Source: Thermococcus sp. JdFR-02 (lineage in GTDB: Archaea > Methanobacteriota_B > Thermococci > Thermococcales > Thermococcaceae). Taken from it: 64,000 nt of DNA. Below the pieces are notes generated by a model that worked only from the letters and a program-made list of their open reading frames with translations, searched no databases and was not told the DNA's origin. Location of the stretch: NCBI GenBank assembly GCA_002009975.1, contig MTLP01000042.1, forward strand, positions 256,001 through 320,000, in the 5' to 3' direction. This document shows positions 1 through 8,593 of the stretch, piece after piece. Every line of letters starts with the position of its first letter. Within the stretch, counting starts at the first letter, position 1. Position numbers and translations under genes: made by a program.

Positions 1-783
1 GGAGGATTAGCAAGTGTTCTTTTAATGTTAGAAGACCTAAAGAACCACAATAAAGATTTAAACGTGGGTATAGTTTTTGTGAGTGATGAGGAAAAGGGAG
101 GAAAAGGTTCTGCTCTATTTATGGAGCGTTACAGACCAGAGATGGCAATAGTAGTTGAGCCAACCGACTTAGAAGTGCACGTAGCTCATGCTGGCAATAT
201 CGAAACTTATTTTGAAGTTGATGGAAAGGAGGCCCATGGTGCTTGCCCAGAGAGTGGAGAAAACGCTATAGATATCACTTATAAGATGCTTGAAGAGTTA
301 AAAAGCTTAGAAGTGTTTAAGCAAAAGGGAAAATACTTCAACGCCCATATAGGACTGCAAGAGCTAATTTGTGAAAACCCTTATTATTTAATTCCAGCAT
401 TATGTAAAGGTCGTCTGGAGGCAAGGCTTTTACCAGATCAAGATGTCGAAGATGTTTTGGAACTAATAGAACCTATTTTAGAAGAGTACACATTAAAGTA
501 CGAACACACGGAAATTTGGGATGGCTACGAGCTAAGTGAAGACGAAGAAATTGTTCAAATTGCAAAACAAGCAATGCAAAAAGTTGGCTTAGAGGATTTT
601 GGAGGAATGAGAAGCTGGACTGACGCCATCAACTTCATGTACAATGGAACAAAAACAATCGTTTTTGGACCCGGAAATTTAGATATAGCACATACAATAA
701 ACGAATACATTGACGTTAGAGACATCGTAAGCGCGAGCGAATTTTTAAGGGAAATAAACGAAATTGTCGGGAAGGGAGCTTAG
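1..783 (+). CDS. M20/ArgE-DapE family metallopeptidase/deacylase (5' truncated by window edge)
   Basis: Frame is open from base 1 (GGLASVLLM..., just after the expected DxKGG motif). Motifs SDEEKGG, VVEPT, GKEAHG and FGPG..AHT..E are present. Confidence 0.85.
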   Translation, partial: GGLASVLLMLEDLKNHNKDLNVGIVFVSDEEKGGKGSALFMERYRPEMAIVVEPTDLEVHVAHAGNIETYFEVDGKEAHGACPESGENAIDITYKMLEELKSLEVFKQKGKYFNAHIGLQELICENPYYLIPALCKGRLEARLLPDQDVEDVLELIEPILEEYTLKYEHTEIWDGYELSEDEEIVQIAKQAMQKVGLEDFGGMRSWTDAINFMYNGTKTIVFGPGNLDIAHTINEYIDVRDIVSASEFLREINEIVGKGA

Positions 784-874
784 CAGTTTTGATTTTTGAG
801 AGGGAGAGTTGAAATTCCTCCTAAAATTGACATCTATGCCTGTACCGCCGGAAAGTTGCAGGGAAAAACTTAAA

Positions 875-908
875 TACTAATCCTGATTAGTACTAACCAT
901 GATTAGGA
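875..908 (+). promoter_or_regulatory. Tandem palindromic operator between TATA box and start codon of the ATPase
   Basis: TACTAATC-CT-GATTAGTA (875-892) is a perfect palindrome, followed by an imperfect copy TACTAACC-AT-GATTAGGA (891-908). TATA-like TTAAATA lies at about 870. Confidence 0.6.
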
Positions 909-2281
909 AATTCGTTAATCGAAGACATGAGATGGAGATCCTTGAGCGCGAGTGGGGGAACACCCCTTCCTTTGTTGTCCTTTATGGAAGAAGAAGGGTT
1001 GGAAAGACAAGACTTTTAATTGAGTTTTCCAGGAGAAAAAAGGTGTTTTTTCACACTTTCATGGAGGGAACAAAGGAAAACCAGATAAAGTCCCTGAGAG
1101 AAGAGCTTGCTCGATTCTTCAGTGATGACATTTTTCTCAGCTTTAACGAGTGGTATCCACTTCTCAAGTACTTAGCATCAAAGATTAATGAAAAAACACT
1201 GATAGTTCTTGACGAGTTCACTCATGTCATCAAAAGTGATAAAACCGTGTTGAGCGCTCTTCAGAGGACATGGGATCACGAACTCGGAAAGAAGGAAGTA
1301 ATGCTGGTTATTTCAGGTTCCCTCATTGGAATGATGATTGATGAGGTTTTGAGTTACTCCTCGCCGCTCTACGGGAGAAGGACTGCAGGTTTTATGCTCC
1401 GTCCTCTGAGTTTTTTTGATGCTATGGAGTTCTTCGATGACTTTATCTATTCAATTAAGAGCTACATGCTGATCGGAGGGATTCCCGCTTATCTTTCCAT
1501 AGCCTCCAGATACAGAAAATTGGAAGAATTCGTAAAAAGTGAGTTCCTTTCTCCGGAGGGTTTCTTTTATGATGAGCCGTATATAGTTCTCTCCCAAGAG
1601 CTGAGAGAGTTAAAGTTTTACTTCTCAATGCTTTCCGCCATAGCAAGCGGAAGGACTCGCCCCTCAGAAATAGCAAGCTATGTTGGAGTTGAGGGAAGGA
1701 GGATTTATCCCTATCTTGAAACTCTTATAAGGCTCGGTTTCGTTGAGAGAGAATTTCCTGTGGGAAGGAGAGAGAAAAGGGGAATTTACCGCATCAAAGA
1801 TCCAATGCTCCTGACATGGTTTTCACTGGTTTATCCAAATCGAACGGAGATAGAACTCGGAACACTAAGCATTGAAGATGTTAAAGAAATTCTCCAGAGA
1901 ATTTTCTCCATAAGATTTGAAGATCTTGCAAAGGAGTTCATTCTAAAGCTAAACAAAAAAGGAATGCTGCCCTTCAGGTTTACAAAAGTTGGAAGGTGGT
2001 GGCACAAGAGAGAAGAAATCGATTTGATTGCTTTAAACGAACGGGAGAAGAAAGCACTCTTCGTTGAGGTCAAGTGGAAGGAGATATGTGAAAAGGAAAT
2101 AAAGAGAGTTCTCAAGGATTTGAAGAGAAAGGCTGAACTTCTTAGGCTTAAAGACTGGGAGAATGCTTACGGAGTGATTGCTAAGGAGGCTAAAGGAAAG
2201 GAGAATCTGAGGGGAAAGGGTTTTTTGATATGGGATTTAGAAGATTTCAAAAAGGTTATTGGAGAAGAAACCCAAAATTAG
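899..2281 (+). CDS. Archaeal AAA ATPase (ATPase_2 + wHTH + DUF234 PD-(D/E)xK-like domain)
   Basis: FVNRxxE, Walker A YGRRRVGKT, Walker B LIVLDEF, SPLYGRRT, and C-terminal GRWW..EEIDLIA..FVEVKW. Confidence 0.9.
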   Translation: MIRKFVNRRHEMEILEREWGNTPSFVVLYGRRRVGKTRLLIEFSRRKKVFFHTFMEGTKENQIKSLREELARFFSDDIFLSFNEWYPLLKYLASKINEKTLIVLDEFTHVIKSDKTVLSALQRTWDHELGKKEVMLVISGSLIGMMIDEVLSYSSPLYGRRTAGFMLRPLSFFDAMEFFDDFIYSIKSYMLIGGIPAYLSIASRYRKLEEFVKSEFLSPEGFFYDEPYIVLSQELRELKFYFSMLSAIASGRTRPSEIASYVGVEGRRIYPYLETLIRLGFVEREFPVGRREKRGIYRIKDPMLLTWFSLVYPNRTEIELGTLSIEDVKEILQRIFSIRFEDLAKEFILKLNKKGMLPFRFTKVGRWWHKREEIDLIALNEREKKALFVEVKWKEICEKEIKRVLKDLKRKAELLRLKDWENAYGVIAKEAKGKENLRGKGFLIWDLEDFKKVIGEETQN

Positions 2282-5052
2282 TCCTTCACACTCTGTTTTT
2301 CTTTTCTATCCATCCAAAATCTTCTCGTTCTTATAAAAGTCCGCTCAGCTTCAAGTAGAGCGACCAATAAAGCCTCGCCTCTATATTGGCTCAAAATCCT
2401 TGAAGCAGTGTCAGGACCAACTCCATAAGCACTTAAAGCTAAAATTGCATCCCAGCCATAGCTTTGAACCAAGTCCGAGGCTTTTATTAATTTGCGATAA
2501 GCCTTTTCCTCTTCCTTATCAAGCTTTTCTCCTCTACTGAGCTTTTTAACAGCCTTTACAAAGGCTTCAGCATCAATTGGATGGGCAACGGTTAACATTA
2601 TCGATGAACATTTCGGACATTTCCATTCATCCAAGCGAGATTTTAAGCGAGAAACTCTCGTTAGACTTTTCCATCCACAATGAGTACAAATCAATACAAC
2701 TTCAGTTTCAAGCAGTCTAGTTTTGAACAGCTCCAAAATCTCATCCTTTTCCAGTTCACCGCCAACTAAAAACTCTCCTCCAACGCTTAAGTTCAGCTGT
2801 GCCAAGGGTGAAGCTTCACTCTTCAAAACACTCTTAATTCTAACAAAACCCTTTTTAATTTCCCCTAAAACCTCTCTTGCCCTGTCTACATCAAGTTTAT
2901 CATGGAAAAGCTCATTTAAAGTTTCTTTTTCAATGATCGTTTCTTCAAAAAGTCTTTCAACTCTCCTAATCTTCGCCTCTCTTCTCAGAGCACCAATTCT
3001 TTTAGCAACATTTAGCATTCTCCACCTATAAATCGTGCTTCCCCTTATTGCTCTGGAGATTATAAATGATAATGTCTCCCCATCTTGGAAGAAGTATTGA
3101 GCTATCTCCCTAGGATTTAGCTGGAAGGGTGTTTTAAAGACAATTGCATGAGCTTGAGCCCTCATTGTGAAAACTTTTCCATATTTAGAGCTTAAAAATG
3201 CCCAGAGAAATCTTCCAATGGCTTCATTTGTTTGGTTTCCAAAATCTGCATGAATAACTAAAGCTTTTGGTAGAGATTCTATACCAACATCTCTATCAGT
3301 GCTTAAAGGCTCTTGCTTTTCCAAAATTTCTTTTGTCAGCTTTAACTCTCCCTCCCTGAAATCAACATTTCTTAAAAAGTCTTTAGCTTTTGTAAAGTCA
3401 AATAAAAGCTCTCTCTTTAACCTACCAACGTCCAAAGCAACTTCAAAAGGAACTGGAATCATCTCCCCTTCCCAAGAAGGAATTGCGCTTTCTAAGCTTT
3501 TACTTTCTCTTACTCTCAAAAGCCTAGCCTCTTCGTCAAGATTTAACAAAATCCAACTTCTTCCGTGCATTACAAACTCCATGCCATCCTCCAAGTCCAT
3601 TACGAAATTCTCATCTAAGCGACCGATAATCTTGCCACTCGAAACATCAAAAACCCTATAGCTTATTTCATCTGGAATTGTGGAGAGATTCTCATAATAA
3701 TACTGATAAGCTCCCCTTCTTAGATATAAAACGCCCTTCTCCTCATCAAAGCCAATTAACCTCGCTTGCTCTAGAAGATTCAAAACGCTTCCATAGTCTT
3801 CCCAGCTTAAATTTCTATAAACGTAAGAGCGCTTTGCAATTTGATAAGGCTCCTCCTTCCCTAAGTGTTTGTATTCAATTAGCAACCCAACAATGAAATG
3901 TGCTAAAACATCTAAAGCATTTTCATAAGGTTTTACTCTCTCTAGTTTTCCTTCAACTGCTCTTTTTGCTATTATTAGACTCTCAAGGTAATCCTCAACA
4001 TTTGTTGAAATTATGTAACCCTCGCTAACTTCTCCTAAGCGATGTTTTGACCTCCCAACCCTTTGAATTAGCCTATTTACTTGCCTCGGGCTCATGTATT
4101 GAATCACGACATCAACATCACCAATGTCTATTCCAAGCTCCATTGAAGAAGTACATATTAAAGCCTTGATCTTCCCTTCTTTCAAGGATTTTTCTGCTTG
4201 AATTCTTGCTTCCTTTGATAAGCTCCCATGATGAACTTCAACTGGCTTTCCCCAGGCTTTTAAGCGATGGGCTAAAATTTCAGCAAATTGCCTCGTGTTT
4301 GTAAAAACTAAAGCCCTTTCATGTCTTTCTATGATTTCCCAAACAATCCTCAAACGAGTTGCAACATCCAGTGGAATTTTAAGCTTTTGTGCTAATTTCA
4401 AATCCCTTTCATCAGCTTGAGGAAAAAGAACGTTGATTTTGTAATGCTTCTCTAAGGAAGGCTTAATTACAACATCAGCCTTAAGCCAGGCTTTGATTTC
4501 CTCCTCATTTCCAACTGTAGCTGAAAGTCCTATCCTCTGGAAATCAGATATTTCTGCTAATCTTTCCAAAGCCAAGCTAAGCTGAGCACCCCTTTTATTG
4601 TCCACCAACTCTACAATCTCATCAACAATTACGAATTTAATGTTTTGAAGATGTTTTCTCATCGATTTCATCGTCAAAATAACGCCAAGAGTTTCGGGGG
4701 TTATAATTAGAACATGAGGTGGCTTTTTTGTCTGTCTCGCTTTTGCATATTGAGAAGTATCTCCATGTCTAACTTCAAAATTCACATTAGTTCTTTCACC
4801 CCACCAGGCCAAGCGTTCAAGCAAATCTCTATTTAATGCTTTTAAAGGAGCAACATACAAAGCAGAGATTGGCTTTAAGTTTTTCTCAAGGATAGCATTT
4901 AGAACAGGTAAAATGGCAGCTTCAGTTTTTCCGCTTCCTGTTGGAGAGACAATTAAAACACTTTTCCCCAAACTAACCTCATGAAAAGCCCTAATTTGTA
5001 ATTCGTTAGGTTTAAAACGCTCTTTTATTGCATTCTTTAAAAGTTTGTGCAT
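2278..5052 (-). CDS. Lhr-like SF2 ATP-dependent helicase
   Basis: SPTGSGKT, RHGDT, ITPE, IVDE, GLSAT, HHGSLS, TSSMELGIDIG, QRVGRS, PSWEGE, and a C-terminal CxxC...CPxC zinc finger. Confidence 0.9.
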   Translation of the reverse strand: MHKLLKNAIKERFKPNELQIRAFHEVSLGKSVLIVSPTGSGKTEAAILPVLNAILEKNLKPISALYVAPLKALNRDLLERLAWWGERTNVNFEVRHGDTSQYAKARQTKKPPHVLIITPETLGVILTMKSMRKHLQNIKFVIVDEIVELVDNKRGAQLSLALERLAEISDFQRIGLSATVGNEEEIKAWLKADVVIKPSLEKHYKINVLFPQADERDLKLAQKLKIPLDVATRLRIVWEIIERHERALVFTNTRQFAEILAHRLKAWGKPVEVHHGSLSKEARIQAEKSLKEGKIKALICTSSMELGIDIGDVDVVIQYMSPRQVNRLIQRVGRSKHRLGEVSEGYIISTNVEDYLESLIIAKRAVEGKLERVKPYENALDVLAHFIVGLLIEYKHLGKEEPYQIAKRSYVYRNLSWEDYGSVLNLLEQARLIGFDEEKGVLYLRRGAYQYYYENLSTIPDEISYRVFDVSSGKIIGRLDENFVMDLEDGMEFVMHGRSWILLNLDEEARLLRVRESKSLESAIPSWEGEMIPVPFEVALDVGRLKRELLFDFTKAKDFLRNVDFREGELKLTKEILEKQEPLSTDRDVGIESLPKALVIHADFGNQTNEAIGRFLWAFLSSKYGKVFTMRAQAHAIVFKTPFQLNPREIAQYFFQDGETLSFIISRAIRGSTIYRWRMLNVAKRIGALRREAKIRRVERLFEETIIEKETLNELFHDKLDVDRAREVLGEIKKGFVRIKSVLKSEASPLAQLNLSVGGEFLVGGELEKDEILELFKTRLLETEVVLICTHCGWKSLTRVSRLKSRLDEWKCPKCSSIMLTVAHPIDAEAFVKAVKKLSRGEKLDKEEEKAYRKLIKASDLVQSYGWDAILALSAYGVGPDTASRILSQYRGEALLVALLEAERTFIRTRRFWMDRKEKQSVKD

Positions 5053-5094
5053 GTTGAGAACTCTCTATAAATTAAATTTAAACTTAACCAAAAG

Positions 5095-5214
5095 CTATAC
5101 CTTAAACACCTTAGCCTTCGCAACGTCCTTCAAAACTGGAACATAGGAAATTCCCTAGTTTTATTCCTTGTCGTTTGTATCGTAAATGTTAAGCTCAATG
5201 CCTTTCTTTCGGAG
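5095..5214 (-). pseudogene. Frameshifted remnant of the 3' end of a ChlI/D chelatase gene
   Basis: Minus strand reads [16 protein letters not shown]/(frameshift)/IKLGISYVPVLKDVAKAKVFKV*. The C-terminus of 6671-8593 reads [39 protein letters not shown]. Confidence 0.85.
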
Positions 5215-5230
5215 TTTTTAATGCCTAATC

Positions 5231-5264
5231 TCCTCCCCACCCTTCAGAGCAAGGAGGAGGTCAG
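5231..5264 (+). mobile_element. Possible degenerate IS200/IS605 (tnpB) right-end scar
   Basis: TCCTCCCCACCCTTCAGAGCAAGGAGGAGGTCAG resembles, from memory, the Thermococcales IS605-type end ...CCCTTYAGGGCGGGGAGGAGGTCAG. It forms a GC-rich imperfect hairpin in AT-rich context. No transposase is nearby. Confidence 0.4.
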
Positions 5265-5283
5265 AGTTTTTGATACCTCACTC

Positions 5284-5357
5284 TACCGTTAACTACTGTA
5301 AACCTCAGAAAGTTAACGCTACCGTAAAGTTTTTATGGTTAACGGTACTTAACGGTA
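5284..5357 (+). promoter_or_regulatory. Array of TACCGTTAA/TTAACGGTA operator-like repeats
   Basis: TACCGTTAA at 5284, TACTGTAAA at 5294, TACCGTAAA at 5320, and inverted TTAACGGTA at 5339 and 5349. They flank TATA-like TTTTAT at about 5331. Confidence 0.6.
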
Positions 5358-5360
5358 AAT

Positions 5361-6653
5361 ATGGACGTGAATGAGCTCATAACGCTGATAAAAGAGGGTG
5401 AGAATGAGCGGATAGAGTTCAAAGCTAAGGCTACAAAAGACATTGCCAAAGAGATATGTGCCTTGGCTAACGCCAACGGCGGCTACATACTGGTTGGAGT
5501 TAACAACGAAGGAAAAATTGTTGGCTGCAATCCTAAAACAGTCCTTGAGGTTATCTCATCCTCAATTCAGGCAATAACTCCTCCAGTAAAAATTGAAACC
5601 AATACGGTTGTAATTGGAGATAAGAAGGTTCTTGTTGTAGAAGTTCCCAAATCGAAGACGCTCTGCTCAATCGGTGGCGTGGCATACATAAGGATAGGCT
5701 CTGGCATAAGGCCTCTCTCAATTCAGGAAATTCTCATGCTTTCCTCAGAGCTCGGTGTTCTAACGTGGGATGAGTTCCCAGCTGTGGAATTAGAAGAAAT
5801 AGAGGATGAATACGTTAAGTGGTTCTTCTCGGCTATGGAAAAAGCCAGAGGACGAAAAATAGACCGAAAAGATTGGCTCATATATTTGAGAAGTGCAAAG
5901 GCAATTAAAGGAAATAAGCTTACAAATGCGGGGGTTCTATTCTTTACAGATGCTCAAGAGTTCATATCTCACAGCAGATGCAGGATTGTAAAGATTGTAA
6001 ACGATGAACCAGTCTGGAGCAGGGAGTTCATTGGACCGGTATGGAAAATCATAGATGAAGTTTTTGCCGAGCTCATGAGCCAGTTTAAAACTTTAGAAGT
6101 CATTTTGGGAGCCAAGAGAGTCAAACTTCCAGAGTATCCACCAAGGGCAGTGAGAGAGGCGTTAATAAACGCATTTGCCCACAGGAATTATGCCATTCCG
6201 TCCGACATAAGGGTGTTCATATATTCCGACAAGCTTGTGATTCGGAACCCAGGTGGTTTAATGCCTGGCGTTGATTTGAGCGACCCGGAGCACGTGCCGA
6301 GAAATCCCAATCTATGCCAGCTGTTTTATGATTCTGGCTACATAGAGAAGTACGGCTATGGAATAAGGATGATAAGGGAAGAGTGCAAAAGGCATGGGCT
6401 TGTTAGTGTAGAGTTTAAAGTCTCGCCAAACAGGTTTGAGGTTGTGTTCAAGAAGCGCGCCGAGGAGCTTTTGGATGATGTTGATAAAAAAATACTCGAA
6501 CTTCTAATGACTCCCAAAAGAAGTGGAGAAATAGCTGAAGTGATTGGTCTTTCAAAGCCCGCTGTACTGGAGAGGCTGAAGAAGCTTGAGAGTCTAGGGC
6601 TTATCAGAAAAGTTGGAAGAGGAGCGCATGTAAAGTACATCACCAAAGCTTAA
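5361..6653 (+). CDS. Schlafen/AlbA_2 domain + HATPase_c_4 (RecG C-terminal-like) + wHTH protein
   Basis: N-terminal GENERIEFK...ICALANANGGYILVGV, then YPPRAVREALINAFAHRNY, NPGGL, RNPNL, YIEKYGYGI, and a C-terminal HTH. Confidence 0.88.
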   Translation: MDVNELITLIKEGENERIEFKAKATKDIAKEICALANANGGYILVGVNNEGKIVGCNPKTVLEVISSSIQAITPPVKIETNTVVIGDKKVLVVEVPKSKTLCSIGGVAYIRIGSGIRPLSIQEILMLSSELGVLTWDEFPAVELEEIEDEYVKWFFSAMEKARGRKIDRKDWLIYLRSAKAIKGNKLTNAGVLFFTDAQEFISHSRCRIVKIVNDEPVWSREFIGPVWKIIDEVFAELMSQFKTLEVILGAKRVKLPEYPPRAVREALINAFAHRNYAIPSDIRVFIYSDKLVIRNPGGLMPGVDLSDPEHVPRNPNLCQLFYDSGYIEKYGYGIRMIREECKRHGLVSVEFKVSPNRFEVVFKKRAEELLDDVDKKILELLMTPKRSGEIAEVIGLSKPAVLERLKKLESLGLIRKVGRGAHVKYITKA

Positions 6654-6670
6654 GCAGAACAATTCAAGTT

Positions 6671-8593
6671 TCACGCCCTGTAGACTTTAGCGTTTGCAAC
6701 CTTCTTTAAAATGGGAATATACGACATACCCGGGTTTATTCCCTTGCCATTTGTATCATAAATGTTAAGCTCAATGCCTTTCCTTCTCAATGCTTTTGCA
6801 AGCTCAATGATTTCATCTTTAATTCTCTTGCCAAAGAGAGGAACGTTTGCTTTTCCGTCGGTTATTAGAAATGCCCTAACTTTGATGGACTTATCTTTCA
6901 TTCTCTCTCTGTTGGCTAAAAGTAAAAGATTGTATAAAGCAGAGCTGAGAGGAGTCCTTCCTCCAGTTGGAACACTTTCTATTTTTTCAAACACTTCCCA
7001 GTAGTTCTTAGTTGGCGAAACAAAAACCTCAGCCTCTTTACCCTTTGCAACTATCAAAGCCATTTTTGACTTCTTGATGTAGCCGTTCTCAACTAGCTTT
7101 TCCGCTATTCCCTTTGCAATGCTTATTCTTCTCTTCACCGCCATACTTCCGCTTGAGTCTAAGAGCAAAACCCAGAGCGTAGGAGCCTTTGCCTTCCTAA
7201 CCCTAACGCGGACATCCTTTAGCTCAAGCTTTATCGGAGGCTTTTTTCCATTCAACACTGCCCAAATAGTCGAGTTGTAAAAATCAACATCCCTTATTTC
7301 ATCTTTTGGGGGTAGGTAGGAGACAGGAATCCCCTTTGGAAAGTTTACCACAGTAATGCTAACGTCCCTTGAAGAGCGGTAGCCTGTAAAGTCGTTGCTC
7401 CCAAAGTTTTTGCTCTCTATCCTTGGGATTGTAGCTTCGCTTGAGCGAAAATTGTGCCCTAAATTTCCGATTCCTTGACTTTGAGACTTCTGGTTTCTCC
7501 TTTCACTTTTTTCTTCCTTTCTGTGCTCATGCTTATGGTCGTGCTTGTGATCATGATTGTGCTCCTTATCATCTTTAGGCTTTGGCGGCTTCATCTGGGG
7601 CGGCTTTTGGAAGGGCTTGTCCCTCAAGCGGTGCGGTAAAGCTAACTCCATAGCTTTTTCCAAATCCTCAAGAGAAACCCTCCTTCTTCCGTTTAAAGCG
7701 GCTATTGCTTTGGCAGTTTTTATTGTAGTGATTTCAGCTCTGTTGGTCTTTATACCTAAATTAATCACAGCCTCAGCTAAAAGCTTTAGCAAATCATCAC
7801 TTATTTCAACTTTAGGCAAAAGCTCCTTTGCTTTAACAATCTTTTCTGTAAGCTTTTTCTCTTCGCTCTCAAACTTCTTGTAGAAGCTTATTGGGTCTTC
7901 ATGAAATTCCTCCACTCTTTTAACTATCTCTATCCTATCCTCTGGGTTCATTGGTGCTGAAACTTCAACACACAGGCCAAATCTATCGAGGATTTGGGGT
8001 CTTAAGTCGCCTTCCTCTGGATTCATGCTCCCGACTAAGATAAAGCGGGCTGGATGTCTAAACGAGATTCCTTCCCTTTCTATCGTGTTCCATCCCATTG
8101 CTGCAACATCTAAGAGCGAATCGGCTATGTAGTCATCTAAGAGGTTGACTTCATCGATGTAAAGCACTCCCCTATTAGCCTCCGCTAATATTCCCGGTTG
8201 CAGAGCTTTTTTGCCCTCTTTTAAAAAGCGCTCTACATCAATTGTTCCAACCAATCTATCTATTGTAACGCTTAAGGGCAAATCAACAACCCTCATTCTT
8301 CTTTTGGCAATTGGTAAGCTCTCGCCTCTTCCATATCTCTCATAGCAGCTGTCGCACATCTCTAAGGGGTTCATTGGATTGCAGTTGAAGGGACAATCTG
8401 CCACAACTTCAATTTCGGGCAAAACGTTAGCCAAAGCCCTAACTAGGGTTGATTTCCCCGTTCCTTTGTCTCCTTTCAATAAAACTCCACCTATTAGCGG
8501 ATTAACCGCTACACAGAGCAAGGCTAATTTAGCCTTTTCCTGCCCAACTATAGCAGAAAATGGGAAGATTAAGCGTTTTTCACGAGCTTCCAT
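6671..8593 (-). CDS. Chelatase AAA+ subunit, ChlI/ChlD-type fusion (AAA + VWA) with His-rich linker
   Basis: [60 protein letters not shown]; MIDAS motif DSSGSM, GGRTPL and ITDGKAN; linker [14 protein letters not shown]. Confidence 0.92.
   Translation of the reverse strand: MEAREKRLIFPFSAIVGQEKAKLALLCVAVNPLIGGVLLKGDKGTGKSTLVRALANVLPEIEVVADCPFNCNPMNPLEMCDSCYERYGRGESLPIAKRRMRVVDLPLSVTIDRLVGTIDVERFLKEGKKALQPGILAEANRGVLYIDEVNLLDDYIADSLLDVAAMGWNTIEREGISFRHPARFILVGSMNPEEGDLRPQILDRFGLCVEVSAPMNPEDRIEIVKRVEEFHEDPISFYKKFESEEKKLTEKIVKAKELLPKVEISDDLLKLLAEAVINLGIKTNRAEITTIKTAKAIAALNGRRRVSLEDLEKAMELALPHRLRDKPFQKPPQMKPPKPKDDKEHNHDHKHDHKHEHRKEEKSERRNQKSQSQGIGNLGHNFRSSEATIPRIESKNFGSNDFTGYRSSRDVSITVVNFPKGIPVSYLPPKDEIRDVDFYNSTIWAVLNGKKPPIKLELKDVRVRVRKAKAPTLWVLLLDSSGSMAVKRRISIAKGIAEKLVENGYIKKSKMALIVAKGKEAEVFVSPTKNYWEVFEKIESVPTGGRTPLSSALYNLLLLANRERMKDKSIKVRAFLITDGKANVPLFGKRIKDEIIELAKALRRKGIELNIYDTNGKGINPGMSYIPILKKVANAKVYRA

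Noticed and set aside
793-873. Short frame FLRGRVEIPPKIDIYACTAGKLQGKT, a possible gene remnant
   Set aside because: Only 26 codons, no convincing start or RBS, and similarity too weak to support.
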